In this document: positions 43,224 to 52,619 of the stretch, piece after piece | Position numbering within the stretch: the stretch's first letter is position 1 | How the letters are laid out: every line of letters starts with the position of its first letter | DNA from: a virus | Length of the DNA stretch: 64,000 nt | Virus record (IMG/VR): IMGVR_UViG_3300049844_000277 | Coordinates: 36,520-100,519 of that record | Strand: one strand, 5' to 3' | The notes under the pieces: generated by a model | What the model saw: only the letters and a program-made list of their open reading frames with translations | Told to the model about the DNA's origin: nothing | Database searches by the model: none | Translations under genes and position numbers: made by a program

Positions 43224-44239
43224 TGCGCCCTCAACTGAAGCTTCAAATCCAGAGGAAGCGTATCGACTACAACAGCAAGCTTGGATTGGTCAACTTCACC
43301 CCCGGGTGCTACCTCATCTCGAAGTTCCTTGCCGCCTAAATCTTCCCAGAAAGAAGCGGGAAGCGCTGCTATCTTCTTCATCGGAACAAACGTACCACCC
43401 AAATCAACAGAATGGGCCGCCTGCTTTTCCGTATTGAACACCGTCCTCACGGCATCCGGAAGATTTCGGTCGTAGTGCTTATCTAAACCTGACTGCTCGT
43501 CGAGCTCCGCGAGAACCGACGCAAACTTCATCAAGCCTTTTCGATCAAAAATTTCTACAGGCTTCTGCTTCAAGCCGTCCGCCAAAGTTTGATACGCTAG
43601 CTTAAATACCTTCGCATCTTCGGGAAGCTTGTTTGCACGGGCCTCAACCCAATCCCGCGCGGTCTTCGTATTCGAGACTACGAGTCCCGCGAGTTGTAGG
43701 ACCTCAGGGCGGAGCTCGACGTTAAGCTCATCTGCTCGCTTCACCAACTCCGCGCAGGCCGAGACACGGTGCTCCATATCCAACTTGGGCAAGGACTCTA
43801 CCAGTTCTTCTTGTGCCCGCTTACACTGCTCAGGATTCGTCACACGAAACAGCCTAAGAGTTGGTAAAAGATATTGATTATCCTCCGAAGCTACCTTCGC
43901 CGTCTCCTCTTGGAAGATAGATTCAGGAACGGCGTATACCTCTAACGCCTGCGCGATATTCGCGCGTACCTCCTCAGGAAGCTCCGAAGCTACCTTTGAG
44001 TACGCGTAGCTCAGCATGGCGTGCTCAGGTGTATGAAGAGGAAATTTTCGCTCCGACGGCCAAGCAAAGGCCGAATCGGGAAGCGCATCAGCTTCACTCG
44101 GCTCTATCGTCGCCTGCTTAACAAACTCCTCCATAGCAGGCATACGGTTGATCTGCCGGTACAAGGTACCAAATGCGGTATCGGAAAATTGGTCAATCGC
44201 TGACATTGTTGACCTCTGCAAGAGAAGACGTCGCGTCAA
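43214..44239 (-). CDS. Hypothetical protein (341 aa)
   Basis: Long ORF. No motif recognised. Confidence 0.5.
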   Translation of the reverse strand: MTRRLLLQRSTMSAIDQFSDTAFGTLYRQINRMPAMEEFVKQATIEPSEADALPDSAFAWPSERKFPLHTPEHAMLSYAYSKVASELPEEVRANIAQALEVYAVPESIFQEETAKVASEDNQYLLPTLRLFRVTNPEQCKRAQEELVESLPKLDMEHRVSACAELVKRADELNVELRPEVLQLAGLVVSNTKTARDWVEARANKLPEDAKVFKLAYQTLADGLKQKPVEIFDRKGLMKFASVLAELDEQSGLDKHYDRNLPDAVRTVFNTEKQAAHSVDLGGTFVPMKKIAALPASFWEDLGGKELRDEVAPGGEVDQSKLAVVVDTLPLDLKLQLRAHCR

Positions 44240-44251
44240 GAGTATAGGCGG

Positions 44252-45946
44252 ATGTTGGGAAGTGAGCCAGCATACTTCTTAAAGGATATCCAAAAAATGT
44301 CAAACCAGCCTGAACAAGAAAATGCACTCCAGAAATCGATGGTTTTCTGGGTGTCCCGCCGAGGAGCCTCTAACTACTGGGCCTCGGTCGTGAATGGAAT
44401 GAATAAGAGGTTCTCTAACGACGAAGGAACAATGTCGGTGCAGCTCACAGAGAACTGGAAATATATCCTCACCTGCCATCTTCCAGCGTTCGAATCGTGG
44501 TCGCCGAGAATGCGACTACTTGCTCTCGTTCACGAATGCGCTCACGTAGTTCTTCAGCACATTCCCCGGCTGTTCAAGATGTTGGCCAATTGTACAGACC
44601 CGTTCGTACGCACAGCCATCACATCGACGTTCAACTTCGCAGCAGACTTCGCGGCGAATGACGCAATCGTTCGACTTGAAGACGGATTCACAGAAGCGCA
44701 CAAAGCCTTCATGCACGTCAGTCCAGACGGAAAGCCGATTCCTCTCTCCAAAGAAGAAGAGGAGAAACTTCCCGGTGAATGGCCATTTCTTTTGCCAGAA
44801 GAATTTGGACTACCTCGTGGAAAGACAATGGAAGAGTACTTCGTGCTCATCCTCAAGGACCTCCCGAAGTTCAAACAACACGTCGAGGAGATGATGAAAA
44901 ACCTCGAACGTATTCTGAGTGAAATGGGGGAAGACTCCGAAGGAGAAGGAGAGGGAGAATCAGAGGATGGAAGTGGCGGCCAGGGAAAATCTCCCTCCCG
45001 TCGAAACATTCCACCTAAAGGGATTCCCGGCATTCCCGACGAAATCGTCAAGCACGCTCTCAACTCACCAGAGACCTTCGAGATGTTGCAGAAGGCCTTT
45101 GATAAGATTTCCAGTAAAGCACACAAGCAGTGGAACGAAAAAGCAAAGGAGATGACACCTGAGGAAGCAATCTCTGCGGGCAATAAGCTCAAGAAGCACG
45201 CGCAGACGATGGTCAGGGCCGCGAATGACCGCGTAAAGAGAGACCGCGGATTCATGCCCGGCGGAGTCCAGAAGATAATTGACGCGCTGATGGAGCCGGA
45301 CCAGATTCCCTGGGATTCAATTCTTCGAGACATCATTCACGGAGCAATAAGCGCTCGCGTTCAAGAGGAGATGGTCTCTCCGAATCTGTCTCTCATCAAC
45401 GAAGACTACTTGGAGCCGTGGCCTGGGCAAACATTGGAATTTGGCTTCAACATCACCTGGATGACCGATACCTCTGGTTCGATGGGTGATAGTGAATACG
45501 CGCGGGCGTGTAACTGCATGAACTCGCTGCTTGCGCAGAACAAGTTCGTATCCGTCACATACTGCGAGTGTGACGCCATCATGCAAAAGGAGGTGAAAGT
45601 CACAAACATCGAACCGCTCACAGAGGAATACTTGAGCGAGCTCCGTACACGCCGAGGATATGGAGGAACTGTCTATACGCCGTTCTTCAAGCGCGTAATG
45701 GGTGCGGATGAACCTCGGGATTGGATTGATGGCGCACCACGACTAGAGGATGCGCATCCCAAACCGGACTTAATGGTAATCTGCACGGATGGTGGCGTTC
45801 GTCTCATGGGAGAATGCTTCCCGAAGTATCGGCCAGAATGTCCCATCATCTGGTTGTTGATGCCAGGCTGCCATGCTACGACCGGAATGGATGATGTCGC
45901 GCCGGACCGGTTGATTCAGATGTATAAAATGCGGGAGGAGGAGTAG
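44252..45946 (+). CDS. HExxH metallopeptidase-like (DUF2201_N-type) plus VWA-like domain protein
   Basis: LALVHECAHVVLQH (HExxH). MIDAS-like WMTDTSGSMGD. GYGGTVYTPFF and LMVICTDGG. An acidic linker lies between the domains. Alternative start at ATG 44297. Confidence 0.65.
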   Translation: MLGSEPAYFLKDIQKMSNQPEQENALQKSMVFWVSRRGASNYWASVVNGMNKRFSNDEGTMSVQLTENWKYILTCHLPAFESWSPRMRLLALVHECAHVVLQHIPRLFKMLANCTDPFVRTAITSTFNFAADFAANDAIVRLEDGFTEAHKAFMHVSPDGKPIPLSKEEEEKLPGEWPFLLPEEFGLPRGKTMEEYFVLILKDLPKFKQHVEEMMKNLERILSEMGEDSEGEGEGESEDGSGGQGKSPSRRNIPPKGIPGIPDEIVKHALNSPETFEMLQKAFDKISSKAHKQWNEKAKEMTPEEAISAGNKLKKHAQTMVRAANDRVKRDRGFMPGGVQKIIDALMEPDQIPWDSILRDIIHGAISARVQEEMVSPNLSLINEDYLEPWPGQTLEFGFNITWMTDTSGSMGDSEYARACNCMNSLLAQNKFVSVTYCECDAIMQKEVKVTNIEPLTEEYLSELRTRRGYGGTVYTPFFKRVMGADEPRDWIDGAPRLEDAHPKPDLMVICTDGGVRLMGECFPKYRPECPIIWLLMPGCHATTGMDDVAPDRLIQMYKMREEE

Positions 45947-45958
45947 AATAGGCGCACT

Positions 45959-46264
45959 ATGCCAACCGTCACTCCTCCAATAACTGATGACTCGGATTGC
46001 AGGGGCTACAAAGTACGATTCAACGAATCTTGGGAAGGGTCTATCTACAAAGCGAACCGTCATTGCTGGATGGCTACGCTAACCAAGAAACAGAAGAATC
46101 GCGCGCTTGTCATTCGTCCCGGAAAAAATTTTCCAAATCCTACGGAAGCGAAGAAATGGTGTGAAGAACAATTTGAACTAGAAGAAAAATCAGCGGTCCC
46201 ATACGAACAAAAACTTCGAGACGTACTCGTCGCAATCCGTAAACAAATAGAAGAAACCCTATAA
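45959..46264 (+). CDS. Hypothetical small protein
   Basis: ORF of 101 aa, tightly spaced in the operon. Confidence 0.45.
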   Translation: MPTVTPPITDDSDCRGYKVRFNESWEGSIYKANRHCWMATLTKKQKNRALVIRPGKNFPNPTEAKKWCEEQFELEEKSAVPYEQKLRDVLVAIRKQIEETL

Positions 46265-46265
46265 C

Positions 46266-46652
46266 ATGTCGCTATACAACTCGCTTTTCGGCCAAGAAAC
46301 TCTGGCCCCAGTTCTCCTAAACGCGCTGAACCTGTCTCGAGAAACCGTCGGAAGATATCGAGACTGTTATCTGGCGAAGGGGGAAGACTTAGGAATGCGC
46401 ATCATCGTATTCACGCGAAACGGTGGCGGTAATCGTGAAGACTACGAAGAAGTAACTCGCTATCTTCAAGCACATCCCCTGTACGTTCGCGACTGGGATG
46501 AAGAGTACGATTGTACTTACGCGTCGTACGAGTTTCGCGTACCAGAGTCGCTAGCCAAGGCCTTGGAAAAATTTGATGAGGAAGAACTCATGCCGCAGTA
46601 CGCACCGATGGAAAAATTCAAAGCGGTAATTGAGAAGCTCAACAGTCAGTAA
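46266..46652 (+). CDS. Hypothetical protein (128 aa)
   Basis: The ORF starts 2 nt after the upstream stop and is followed by a strong terminator. Confidence 0.5.
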   Translation: MSLYNSLFGQETLAPVLLNALNLSRETVGRYRDCYLAKGEDLGMRIIVFTRNGGGNREDYEEVTRYLQAHPLYVRDWDEEYDCTYASYEFRVPESLAKALEKFDEEELMPQYAPMEKFKAVIEKLNSQ

Positions 46653-46682
46653 CAGTCCTCCTCCCCCTCCCCTTCCCCCTCT

Positions 46683-46721
46683 AGGGCTTCTACGTACGCG
46701 TAGGAGCCCTTTCTTTTTCTT
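46683..46721 (+). terminator. Rho-independent terminator
   Basis: AGGGCTTCTACG-TACG-CGTAGGAGCCCT forms a 12-bp stem with one G-U pair, followed by TTCTTTTTCTT. Confidence 0.7.
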
Positions 46722-46728
46722 AGGTACC

Positions 46729-47331
46729 ATGGACCTCTACTGTCTTCGTGTTCGTAGGAACATCGCTGGACGTAAATTTCCCTTCGATAGAGTGTATCTC
46801 GCGAAATACGGGGATCACGTTATATTCAAAAGATTATTCAGGTATGCCTTCATCCTTCCCGTTGAAGGCGTACTAAAGGAAACGCTGTACTGTCTCCCCA
46901 TTGAAGACAGCATGACGCACGCATTCGACAGAGTAGAAACGCCTGAGAAAATTCCAGATGTAGAGTGGAAGACGCTCATCGACTCGACGGACTGGGTACT
47001 CGCGGTACCGATTCTATCGAAGTACGTGACCGCTAACATGCCGAGATATATTATTGCCAAGTCCACGGTGCCCCGAAGAGACAAGAAAAACTCTAACGCG
47101 TGCGCAAACCCGTTTCCAAACATGACGTACTTGCAGACACCCGAGCAAAACATTCGGCCAATATGTGTCGCATGTCCGAACTTTATCCAGCATCAGAACG
47201 GTCACTGCGAACTTGGAGATAAGCTCTGCTACGACTCTCTTTCCCTGGGAATCCGAAATCACTTTGAAGAAGGCATGATGGTTCCTCCTGCCCCGGAAAA
47301 AGAACAAGTGACTGAGGAGGGGAACGACTAA
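46729..47331 (+). CDS. Hypothetical Cys-containing protein, first gene of the RT operon
   Basis: ATG at 46729 (MDLYCLRVRR...) lies just after the terminator; the track ORF start 46630 would read through the hairpin. Contains CVACPNFIQHQNGHCELGDKLC. TAATG overlap with the RT start. Confidence 0.5.
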   Translation: MDLYCLRVRRNIAGRKFPFDRVYLAKYGDHVIFKRLFRYAFILPVEGVLKETLYCLPIEDSMTHAFDRVETPEKIPDVEWKTLIDSTDWVLAVPILSKYVTANMPRYIIAKSTVPRRDKKNSNACANPFPNMTYLQTPEQNIRPICVACPNFIQHQNGHCELGDKLCYDSLSLGIRNHFEEGMMVPPAPEKEQVTEEGND

Positions 47332-48467
47332 TGCCTGTCTACAAACAAAATTTCCTTGAGCGAATTGAAGTACGCGAGCCACTCATCAAAGGCGTACCCC
47401 TTATCGTCGATGACTGGAGTCTGGCATTCCAGCTAGGTTTTACGGGTAAGACCGCGTGGTACATCATCCATGAACGCGCCAGTATGTACCGGGAGTTCAT
47501 GCTGAAAAAGAAGTCTGGGGGTCTCCGTAGAACGTTTGATCCAACTAACCTCCTGCGCATTTTCCAGAAACAACTACGCGCACGCATTCTGTTCCCGCTC
47601 GTATCTCGCCTAGGTCCGCACGTAGCCGCGTATCAGGTCGGTAAGAGCACGCTTGATGCGGCAAACTGGCACCTGCGCGAGTGTAAAATCTGCGACGACA
47701 CGACCCGTCCCGGCACGAGTCCTGTGAAACATGAGTGTCCTCGACGGGGTGTGAAGTTCAAAATGGATTTGAAGGATTTCTTTCTATCGACTCGTCGGTC
47801 CTGGATACGACAGTATTTCCACGAAGTCGTCGGATACAATCACTACGTCTCGTCGATTCTGGGGCACCTACTGACGACGAGTTATAAAGATGAGCGGAGA
47901 AAAGACAGGAACGGCGTTCCGCCAGGCGCATTAACAGCTGGCGATATTTGTAATCTCATCTGTGATTGGAAGATAGATCAACCGCTTATGGCGGCACTAC
48001 CCACAGGCTGGAAGTACACACGGTACGCCGATGACTTGTATTTCTCGTACGACGCACCCCTTCCATCAAAAGAAGTAAACAAGATAATCCGACTAGCCTC
48101 GGACACCATCACCGGCTCCGGTTACCGGGTAAATTGGAAAAAGCTCCAAGTGCAACACTGGAGCCGGCCCCAGCGAGTACTAGGTATCAATATCAACAGA
48201 AAACTAAACATCCCTGCGACTGAGTACCGTCGAATGCACATGATTCTGTATAAAGCAAAGAAGCATGGATTCCAGGCGCAACTTACGTGGGCAAAGAAAG
48301 CCGATGTTCCGGAACTTCACGCCTGGATAACCGGCAAACTGAATTACTACGCGCGATTCGCACCAGATAAAACCAATAAACTACAACGGCTTTATCAAGA
48401 AGCGAAGGACGCGAATCCAAGCGAAGAGGCCGCGGTGTTCAACTTTGGAACCGGTGCAAACCCATGA
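47331..48467 (+). CDS. Reverse transcriptase, retron/Abi-like
   Basis: YREFMLKKKSGGLRRTFDP (RT1/2), AAYQVGKSTLDAANWH (NAxxH-like), KMDLKDFFLST (RT3), GVPPGALTAGDICN (RT4), YTRYADDLYFSY (YADD, RT5), RVLGININ (RT7, VTG-like). There is a Cys-containing ~25-aa insertion between NAxxH and RT3. GAGGAGG RBS. Confidence 0.8.
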   Translation: MPVYKQNFLERIEVREPLIKGVPLIVDDWSLAFQLGFTGKTAWYIIHERASMYREFMLKKKSGGLRRTFDPTNLLRIFQKQLRARILFPLVSRLGPHVAAYQVGKSTLDAANWHLRECKICDDTTRPGTSPVKHECPRRGVKFKMDLKDFFLSTRRSWIRQYFHEVVGYNHYVSSILGHLLTTSYKDERRKDRNGVPPGALTAGDICNLICDWKIDQPLMAALPTGWKYTRYADDLYFSYDAPLPSKEVNKIIRLASDTITGSGYRVNWKKLQVQHWSRPQRVLGININRKLNIPATEYRRMHMILYKAKKHGFQAQLTWAKKADVPELHAWITGKLNYYARFAPDKTNKLQRLYQEAKDANPSEEAAVFNFGTGANP

Positions 48468-49840
48468 ACATGTACACGGTTTGCCACGCGTACGATGCAC
48501 GTAACGCAAGGTCAGATGCACTTGCGCTTTTGTTCAATACTCCCGACACTAAAAAAATAGCAGGAATCCCTGAGCTCTCCGAAATATATCCCAACGGATA
48601 TTTCGTCACTAGTATCTCCGACATAAAATCAGGAGACCCCTACAGACACTCATACTACCAAAGACAAAGATACTCCCACAATCCTGCTCCTTACACGATG
48701 GTATCCATTTTCGCTACGTACCCCCGTCCAGATGAGGCAAAACTAAACAGCGAAGATATTTGCTTCTTCGTAAATGGAAAAACATATCAGGTTAATCTAC
48801 GTACCCGCTACAACCACTGCCTGTCGTTGTTCAAAGCGGTAGGTTGTGCGCAATGCCCTGATAACGGGCTCCCCTGCGTATCCCAGGAAGCCGAAGAGCT
48901 AATCGAGCTTGATAAGAAACTCACCGACGCCGAAAGGCCTGTGTATTTCAACGAGACAGCGTTCTCGAACAATACCGAGTTCTTGAACGATATCGACGAC
49001 ATAGAGTTCTTAAAGTACCTACAAAGAAAGCACCCGTCCCTCGGTGACTTCAAACTTGTCAAACCCGGATCAACAAGTCCACGTTCGTTCCATAGTACTT
49101 TCCGCCCGTACTGGGACCACGACTTTTCGCTAGTTCCACGTAATGAAAAAGAAAAGTCAGACGCGGCATCTCGAGCAGCACGGACACGTAAGTTCAAGAA
49201 GGAAGAATGTCCTCAGTGCGTCATCAAAGATAGCTGCTCGAATGCATCCCGGTGTGATGGTAGATATCCGCCACAGGAGACGATTATCAAGCAGGCGAAT
49301 GCGGAGCTTACTGCGGCGATAGCCGGGTCGATACTTCCCGAGTGGGCGATATGGGAAGTTGCTCGAGGCGCGGGACAAACAGCAAAACATTCCAGGTGGC
49401 ACATCATGCTCACCGGAATACTATTAGACCGATATGGAAATGGGTCTCTCCGCGCTACAGTTCACCGCGCAAAAACAGACATCGATGAGTACAAAAGACT
49501 CAATACGTACGAAGAAATCGCTGAAGTATTTAACTTAGCGAAAACGGAAAAAGATGTGCCGCCCGAGCGTGGACCACTGAGGAGCTTTGAGCTCCGCGCA
49601 GTTTGGTGGTTGGCGCTTCTTGCTCGCTCAACCGCTCGAAGGGCTACAGGTTGGGGAGGTTCCCGGTACGTCGTAAGTATCGGTGTAGATGAGAAGACCG
49701 GTATCTCGCTCGAATGGACAAACGGGCGAGATATATCCCACTGGCACAGCAACAATCTACGTAAGATTGAAGATGTATCGAGGTGCCTCACGCCGAATAG
49801 TTTGTACGGCGTAGCTAAGGAACAATTCGTTCAGCGGTAG
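48464..49840 (+). CDS. Hypothetical protein (458 aa), third gene of the RT operon
   Basis: ATGA overlap with the RT stop. Several Cys pairs (CAQCPDNGLPC, CPQCVIKDSCSNASRC). No family recognised. Confidence 0.55.
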   Translation: MNMYTVCHAYDARNARSDALALLFNTPDTKKIAGIPELSEIYPNGYFVTSISDIKSGDPYRHSYYQRQRYSHNPAPYTMVSIFATYPRPDEAKLNSEDICFFVNGKTYQVNLRTRYNHCLSLFKAVGCAQCPDNGLPCVSQEAEELIELDKKLTDAERPVYFNETAFSNNTEFLNDIDDIEFLKYLQRKHPSLGDFKLVKPGSTSPRSFHSTFRPYWDHDFSLVPRNEKEKSDAASRAARTRKFKKEECPQCVIKDSCSNASRCDGRYPPQETIIKQANAELTAAIAGSILPEWAIWEVARGAGQTAKHSRWHIMLTGILLDRYGNGSLRATVHRAKTDIDEYKRLNTYEEIAEVFNLAKTEKDVPPERGPLRSFELRAVWWLALLARSTARRATGWGGSRYVVSIGVDEKTGISLEWTNGRDISHWHSNNLRKIEDVSRCLTPNSLYGVAKEQFVQR

Positions 49841-50918
49841 GACACACTTCCTGGTACGCAAGGAAGGCTTCTGTATCTGCGAGGAGGGCGGCCGACTGAG
49901 CTTCGTCGGCTGCTCTCTTCGCTGTCGCCGCTTCGGCGGCAGCCGTATCTGCGTCTTTCTTTTTTTGGCTCGTAATGGACACTTCACCGAGCTTATTAGT
50001 ACAGGTGAGCGCCATATCGCTTCTAAACGCTTCGAGGACTGACTGTCCGTTCGTAACTTCATCCACGACCGCTGCATCCATGGCAGTCTTAGCGGCGTCC
50101 CAGATGGCTTTCGCGCTGGTGTAGGCGCTCTTTGCGGCGTCGTAGGTAGCATTATCTGCGGTACCTGCTCGATAGGCGTCGGCCACACTAACGAACGTAG
50201 TAACTGCGTTGGTGTAGGTAACCGACGCTGAAATAAAGTTGTTGACGCTTGCCCGGTACGTGCTAATAGCCGTGTTCCCGGAGTTGAAGCGCCCCAGCAT
50301 CGCGCTACACTTCTGGCTCTCACTTAACGCCGTGACGTTGTCTTCGTTCGCCGCTGAAGCTGCGGCTGCGGTTACGGTAGCGTCCGTCGTTGCTTCGGCT
50401 GCCGTCACTTTGCTAGCCAGGTACTCGGCGTGCGCCGTAGTGTACTCGGACTCCCGTTCCGCAACGATGCCCGCGGTGAGGGGCATTGAAATCGTCGAGT
50501 AGTCTGGCGGCGAGGTAAGAGGCGCCAAAAACTGCTCGTTGTAGGTATGCCAATCGGCAATCAGATTGTCGACACGTTGTTGAATGAGAAGCTTGGCGCT
50601 CGAGGCCGTAGCAATGTCATCATAAACAACCGTGAAGTTCGTGCTGAGATAAAGGGTCTGATTTAAGCCGACCGCCGTTTCTCGGCCTAAGGACAGCGTC
50701 GTCAAATCAGCTACGTTAGCGACGCGAAGAAAAGTATCTGACTTTGGATCAACTGAGTTAACTATCTGATGGACAAAAATATTTGACGTGTACGGAGAAG
50801 GCCCGTATAGGGGGAGATCTCCTGCCTCGACCGAGTCGATGCTCGAATCAATCTTGAAGCGTTGAATACTAGCTTCGTCGAGAAATACAGTGCAACGTTG
50901 TCCAAGAGTGGTAGGCAT
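49815..50918 (-). CDS. Ala/Thr-rich fibre-like or coiled-coil hypothetical protein
   Basis: ORF of 367 aa. The C-terminal two thirds are Ala/Thr/Ser-rich and helical. The 3' end overlaps the convergent 48464..49840 gene by 26 nt. Confidence 0.45.
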   Translation of the reverse strand: MPTTLGQRCTVFLDEASIQRFKIDSSIDSVEAGDLPLYGPSPYTSNIFVHQIVNSVDPKSDTFLRVANVADLTTLSLGRETAVGLNQTLYLSTNFTVVYDDIATASSAKLLIQQRVDNLIADWHTYNEQFLAPLTSPPDYSTISMPLTAGIVAERESEYTTAHAEYLASKVTAAEATTDATVTAAAASAANEDNVTALSESQKCSAMLGRFNSGNTAISTYRASVNNFISASVTYTNAVTTFVSVADAYRAGTADNATYDAAKSAYTSAKAIWDAAKTAMDAAVVDEVTNGQSVLEAFRSDMALTCTNKLGEVSITSQKKKDADTAAAEAATAKRAADEAQSAALLADTEAFLAYQEVCPTAERIVP

Positions 50919-50945
50919 TTTTTGTTTTTCTTGTTTCCCTTGTTC

Positions 50946-51311
50946 TTACGGCACCGTAACGGCGGTAGTGCCAATCACGAACGAGGTCGCGATTATATCA
51001 TACTCTTGCGCCAAGCTCGTCAAGCGTGACTCGATGGTCGCCGCAAAGTCGATAGCCTGATTCGCCGCAGTATACAACTGGGTAACAGTGTTTTGTCGGT
51101 AAAAGGGAATGGCGGGCGTTGCTACGTCGGGATACGTCTGCACGTCAAGCACGGTGGCTATATGGTCATAGAGGCCGTCGCTGTACCGGTACACAAACAC
51201 AGCGTCATCGATATTAACCGTACTGGTGACCGTAGCCGCAACGCTGTATTGCGCCGGTGGACCAGTAATCGTCGACTGAACCAGATTGTACGTGATGCTA
51301 GTAGCGGCCAT
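50946..51311 (-). CDS. Hypothetical protein (121 aa)
   Basis: ATG at 51311 (MAATSITYNLV...) follows GGGAG. The track ORF starts further upstream at 51395. Confidence 0.45.
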   Translation of the reverse strand: MAATSITYNLVQSTITGPPAQYSVAATVTSTVNIDDAVFVYRYSDGLYDHIATVLDVQTYPDVATPAIPFYRQNTVTQLYTAANQAIDFAATIESRLTSLAQEYDIIATSFVIGTTAVTVP

Positions 51312-51427
51312 GGTGCTCCCAGTATAGGCCGCACATCTATCCATGTCTAAACAACTTCGAATCGGCCTTTGGGATGTGCAGAAGACCATCCCCATTCTCT
51401 ATTTCTACCGTGTAAACCCCCGAACTG

Positions 51428-51937
51428 TTGATGACGACAAACTCAGATTATTGGCTGAGATGGGCAAGCGCCCAAGGAGCTACGATGCCGGCACACTCCC
51501 GAGGTCAAAGTCAAAGTCAAATCCAAAACCCAAATCTGGACGTGTTTCTAGAAGGTGACGTATATACGACGAATTGTCGATGCTCTGATTGTGGGAACAA
51601 TCACAGGAAAACAGAAAGAAAAGAATATTACTGGGCCACGGTCTCGAACTGCCACCGTGAATTAGCTCGAGCAGCAGAGGTTTACACGGCGGTCTGGGAG
51701 CCGAACACGGCGGGGTCTACCGTCGCAAAGCAGCTCATCGTTCCGCTGACCATCGGCCTCGCGGAGCTTGAAGTTCATCCTGAAAAATTTGAGAGCATCG
51801 CTCGTCGAAGCGTGTGTGCTCCGTACGGGGGATATCAATCCTTCGTGCATTTCATCCAAGGCTATCTGCAAGCGTGCATCGAGTACCCTGACGCCACCGT
51901 GCGGGTATCTACGCATAATTGGGGGCTACGTGATTGA
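51428..51937 (+). CDS. Hypothetical protein (169 aa)
   Basis: ORF with CRCSDCGN. It contains a (GTCAAA)x3 microsatellite near 51503-51520. Confidence 0.45.
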   Translation: MMTTNSDYWLRWASAQGATMPAHSRGQSQSQIQNPNLDVFLEGDVYTTNCRCSDCGNNHRKTERKEYYWATVSNCHRELARAAEVYTAVWEPNTAGSTVAKQLIVPLTIGLAELEVHPEKFESIARRSVCAPYGGYQSFVHFIQGYLQACIEYPDATVRVSTHNWGLRD

Positions 51938-52250
51938 TCTAATCGAGCAGCTAACTCGGCAGAAGGAGTTCTCTCTTAGGACCTTTGGGCCCGGCGATTC
52001 ACGCGAGAGATTCGCTGGATTGCGGGAGCATATTGAGAAGGAACTGAGAGAGCTGGAGTCCGCCCCGTACGACTTGGAAGAGTGGATAGACATCATCTTG
52101 TTGGCGCTGGACGGCGCATGGAGGACCGGCGCAAGTCCAGCAGAGATAATCGCAATGCTCCAATACAAGCAACGAAAGAACGAAGAAAGAAAGTGGCCCC
52201 GCTGGCAAGACGTTTCGTTTGAGCGAGCGATGGAACACATCAAGGACTAA
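51930..52250 (+). CDS. MazG-like / DUF550-type nucleotide pyrophosphohydrolase
   Basis: LREHIEKELRELESAPYDLEEWIDIILLALDGAWRTGASPAEIIAML. GTG 51930 follows GGGGG and overlaps the upstream stop by 8 nt; the track ORF begins at 51768. Confidence 0.4.
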   Translation: MIDLIEQLTRQKEFSLRTFGPGDSRERFAGLREHIEKELRELESAPYDLEEWIDIILLALDGAWRTGASPAEIIAMLQYKQRKNEERKWPRWQDVSFERAMEHIKD

Positions 52251-52275
52251 CTGCGTAGTATCCCTCCCCACGACT

Positions 52276-52614
52276 ATGTCTGACTGCTCTTCTTCTTCCC
52301 TTCCCTCCCCTTCTTCCCTTCCCTCTTCTTCTTCCCCTTCTTTTGACGCCGACATTCTGGCCGATGCCGAATCACGCGAGTACAACGAGTTCCTTCGCCG
52401 CGCTTACCTCCGCCGACGAATAGATAAACCTGGCTCTCGGTTAATCGGATACGGCGGCATGCCGAAGAATGACCAGCAAGCGAGATTCGGGCCCGCGATT
52501 TGGGAGTTTACGCCGGAGATCGCCAATATGGCGGCGCGGTATGCTTCTTATGTGCAGGGTCGGTACCTCCGATATCTCCGCGTCCGTCTTCCCCCACGAC
52601 ATCGGGAGTCATAG
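52276..52614 (+). CDS. Hypothetical protein (start uncertain; the 5' part is a Ser/Pro-rich translation of a C/T tract)
   Basis: Track ORF 52219..52614. The 5' ~90 nt is a polypyrimidine tract that may be non-coding. Confidence 0.3.
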   Translation: MSDCSSSSLPSPSSLPSSSSPSFDADILADAESREYNEFLRRAYLRRRIDKPGSRLIGYGGMPKNDQQARFGPAIWEFTPEIANMAARYASYVQGRYLRYLRVRLPPRHRES

Positions 52615-52619
52615 TCACA

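Noticed and set aside
47331-48467. Diversity-generating retroelement (DGR) or group II intron as an explanation for the RT.
   Set aside because: The RT4 region reads PPGALTAGDICN rather than the DGR-type (I/L)GxxxSQ. I noticed no Avd-like gene and no obvious ~100-bp template/variable repeat pair nearby. No maturase (X) or En domain and no intron-like RNA domains are evident. A systematic repeat search was not possible by eye.
51768-51937. A 170-nt overlap of ORFs 51428..51937 and 51768..52250, and the similar overlap of 52219..52614 with 52500..53651, as possible programmed frameshift sites.
   Set aside because: In both cases an in-frame start with an RBS-like G-run sits at the end of the upstream gene (GTG 51930; ATG 52620). 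That start also coincides with the beginning of the recognisable domain. I saw no slippery heptamer.
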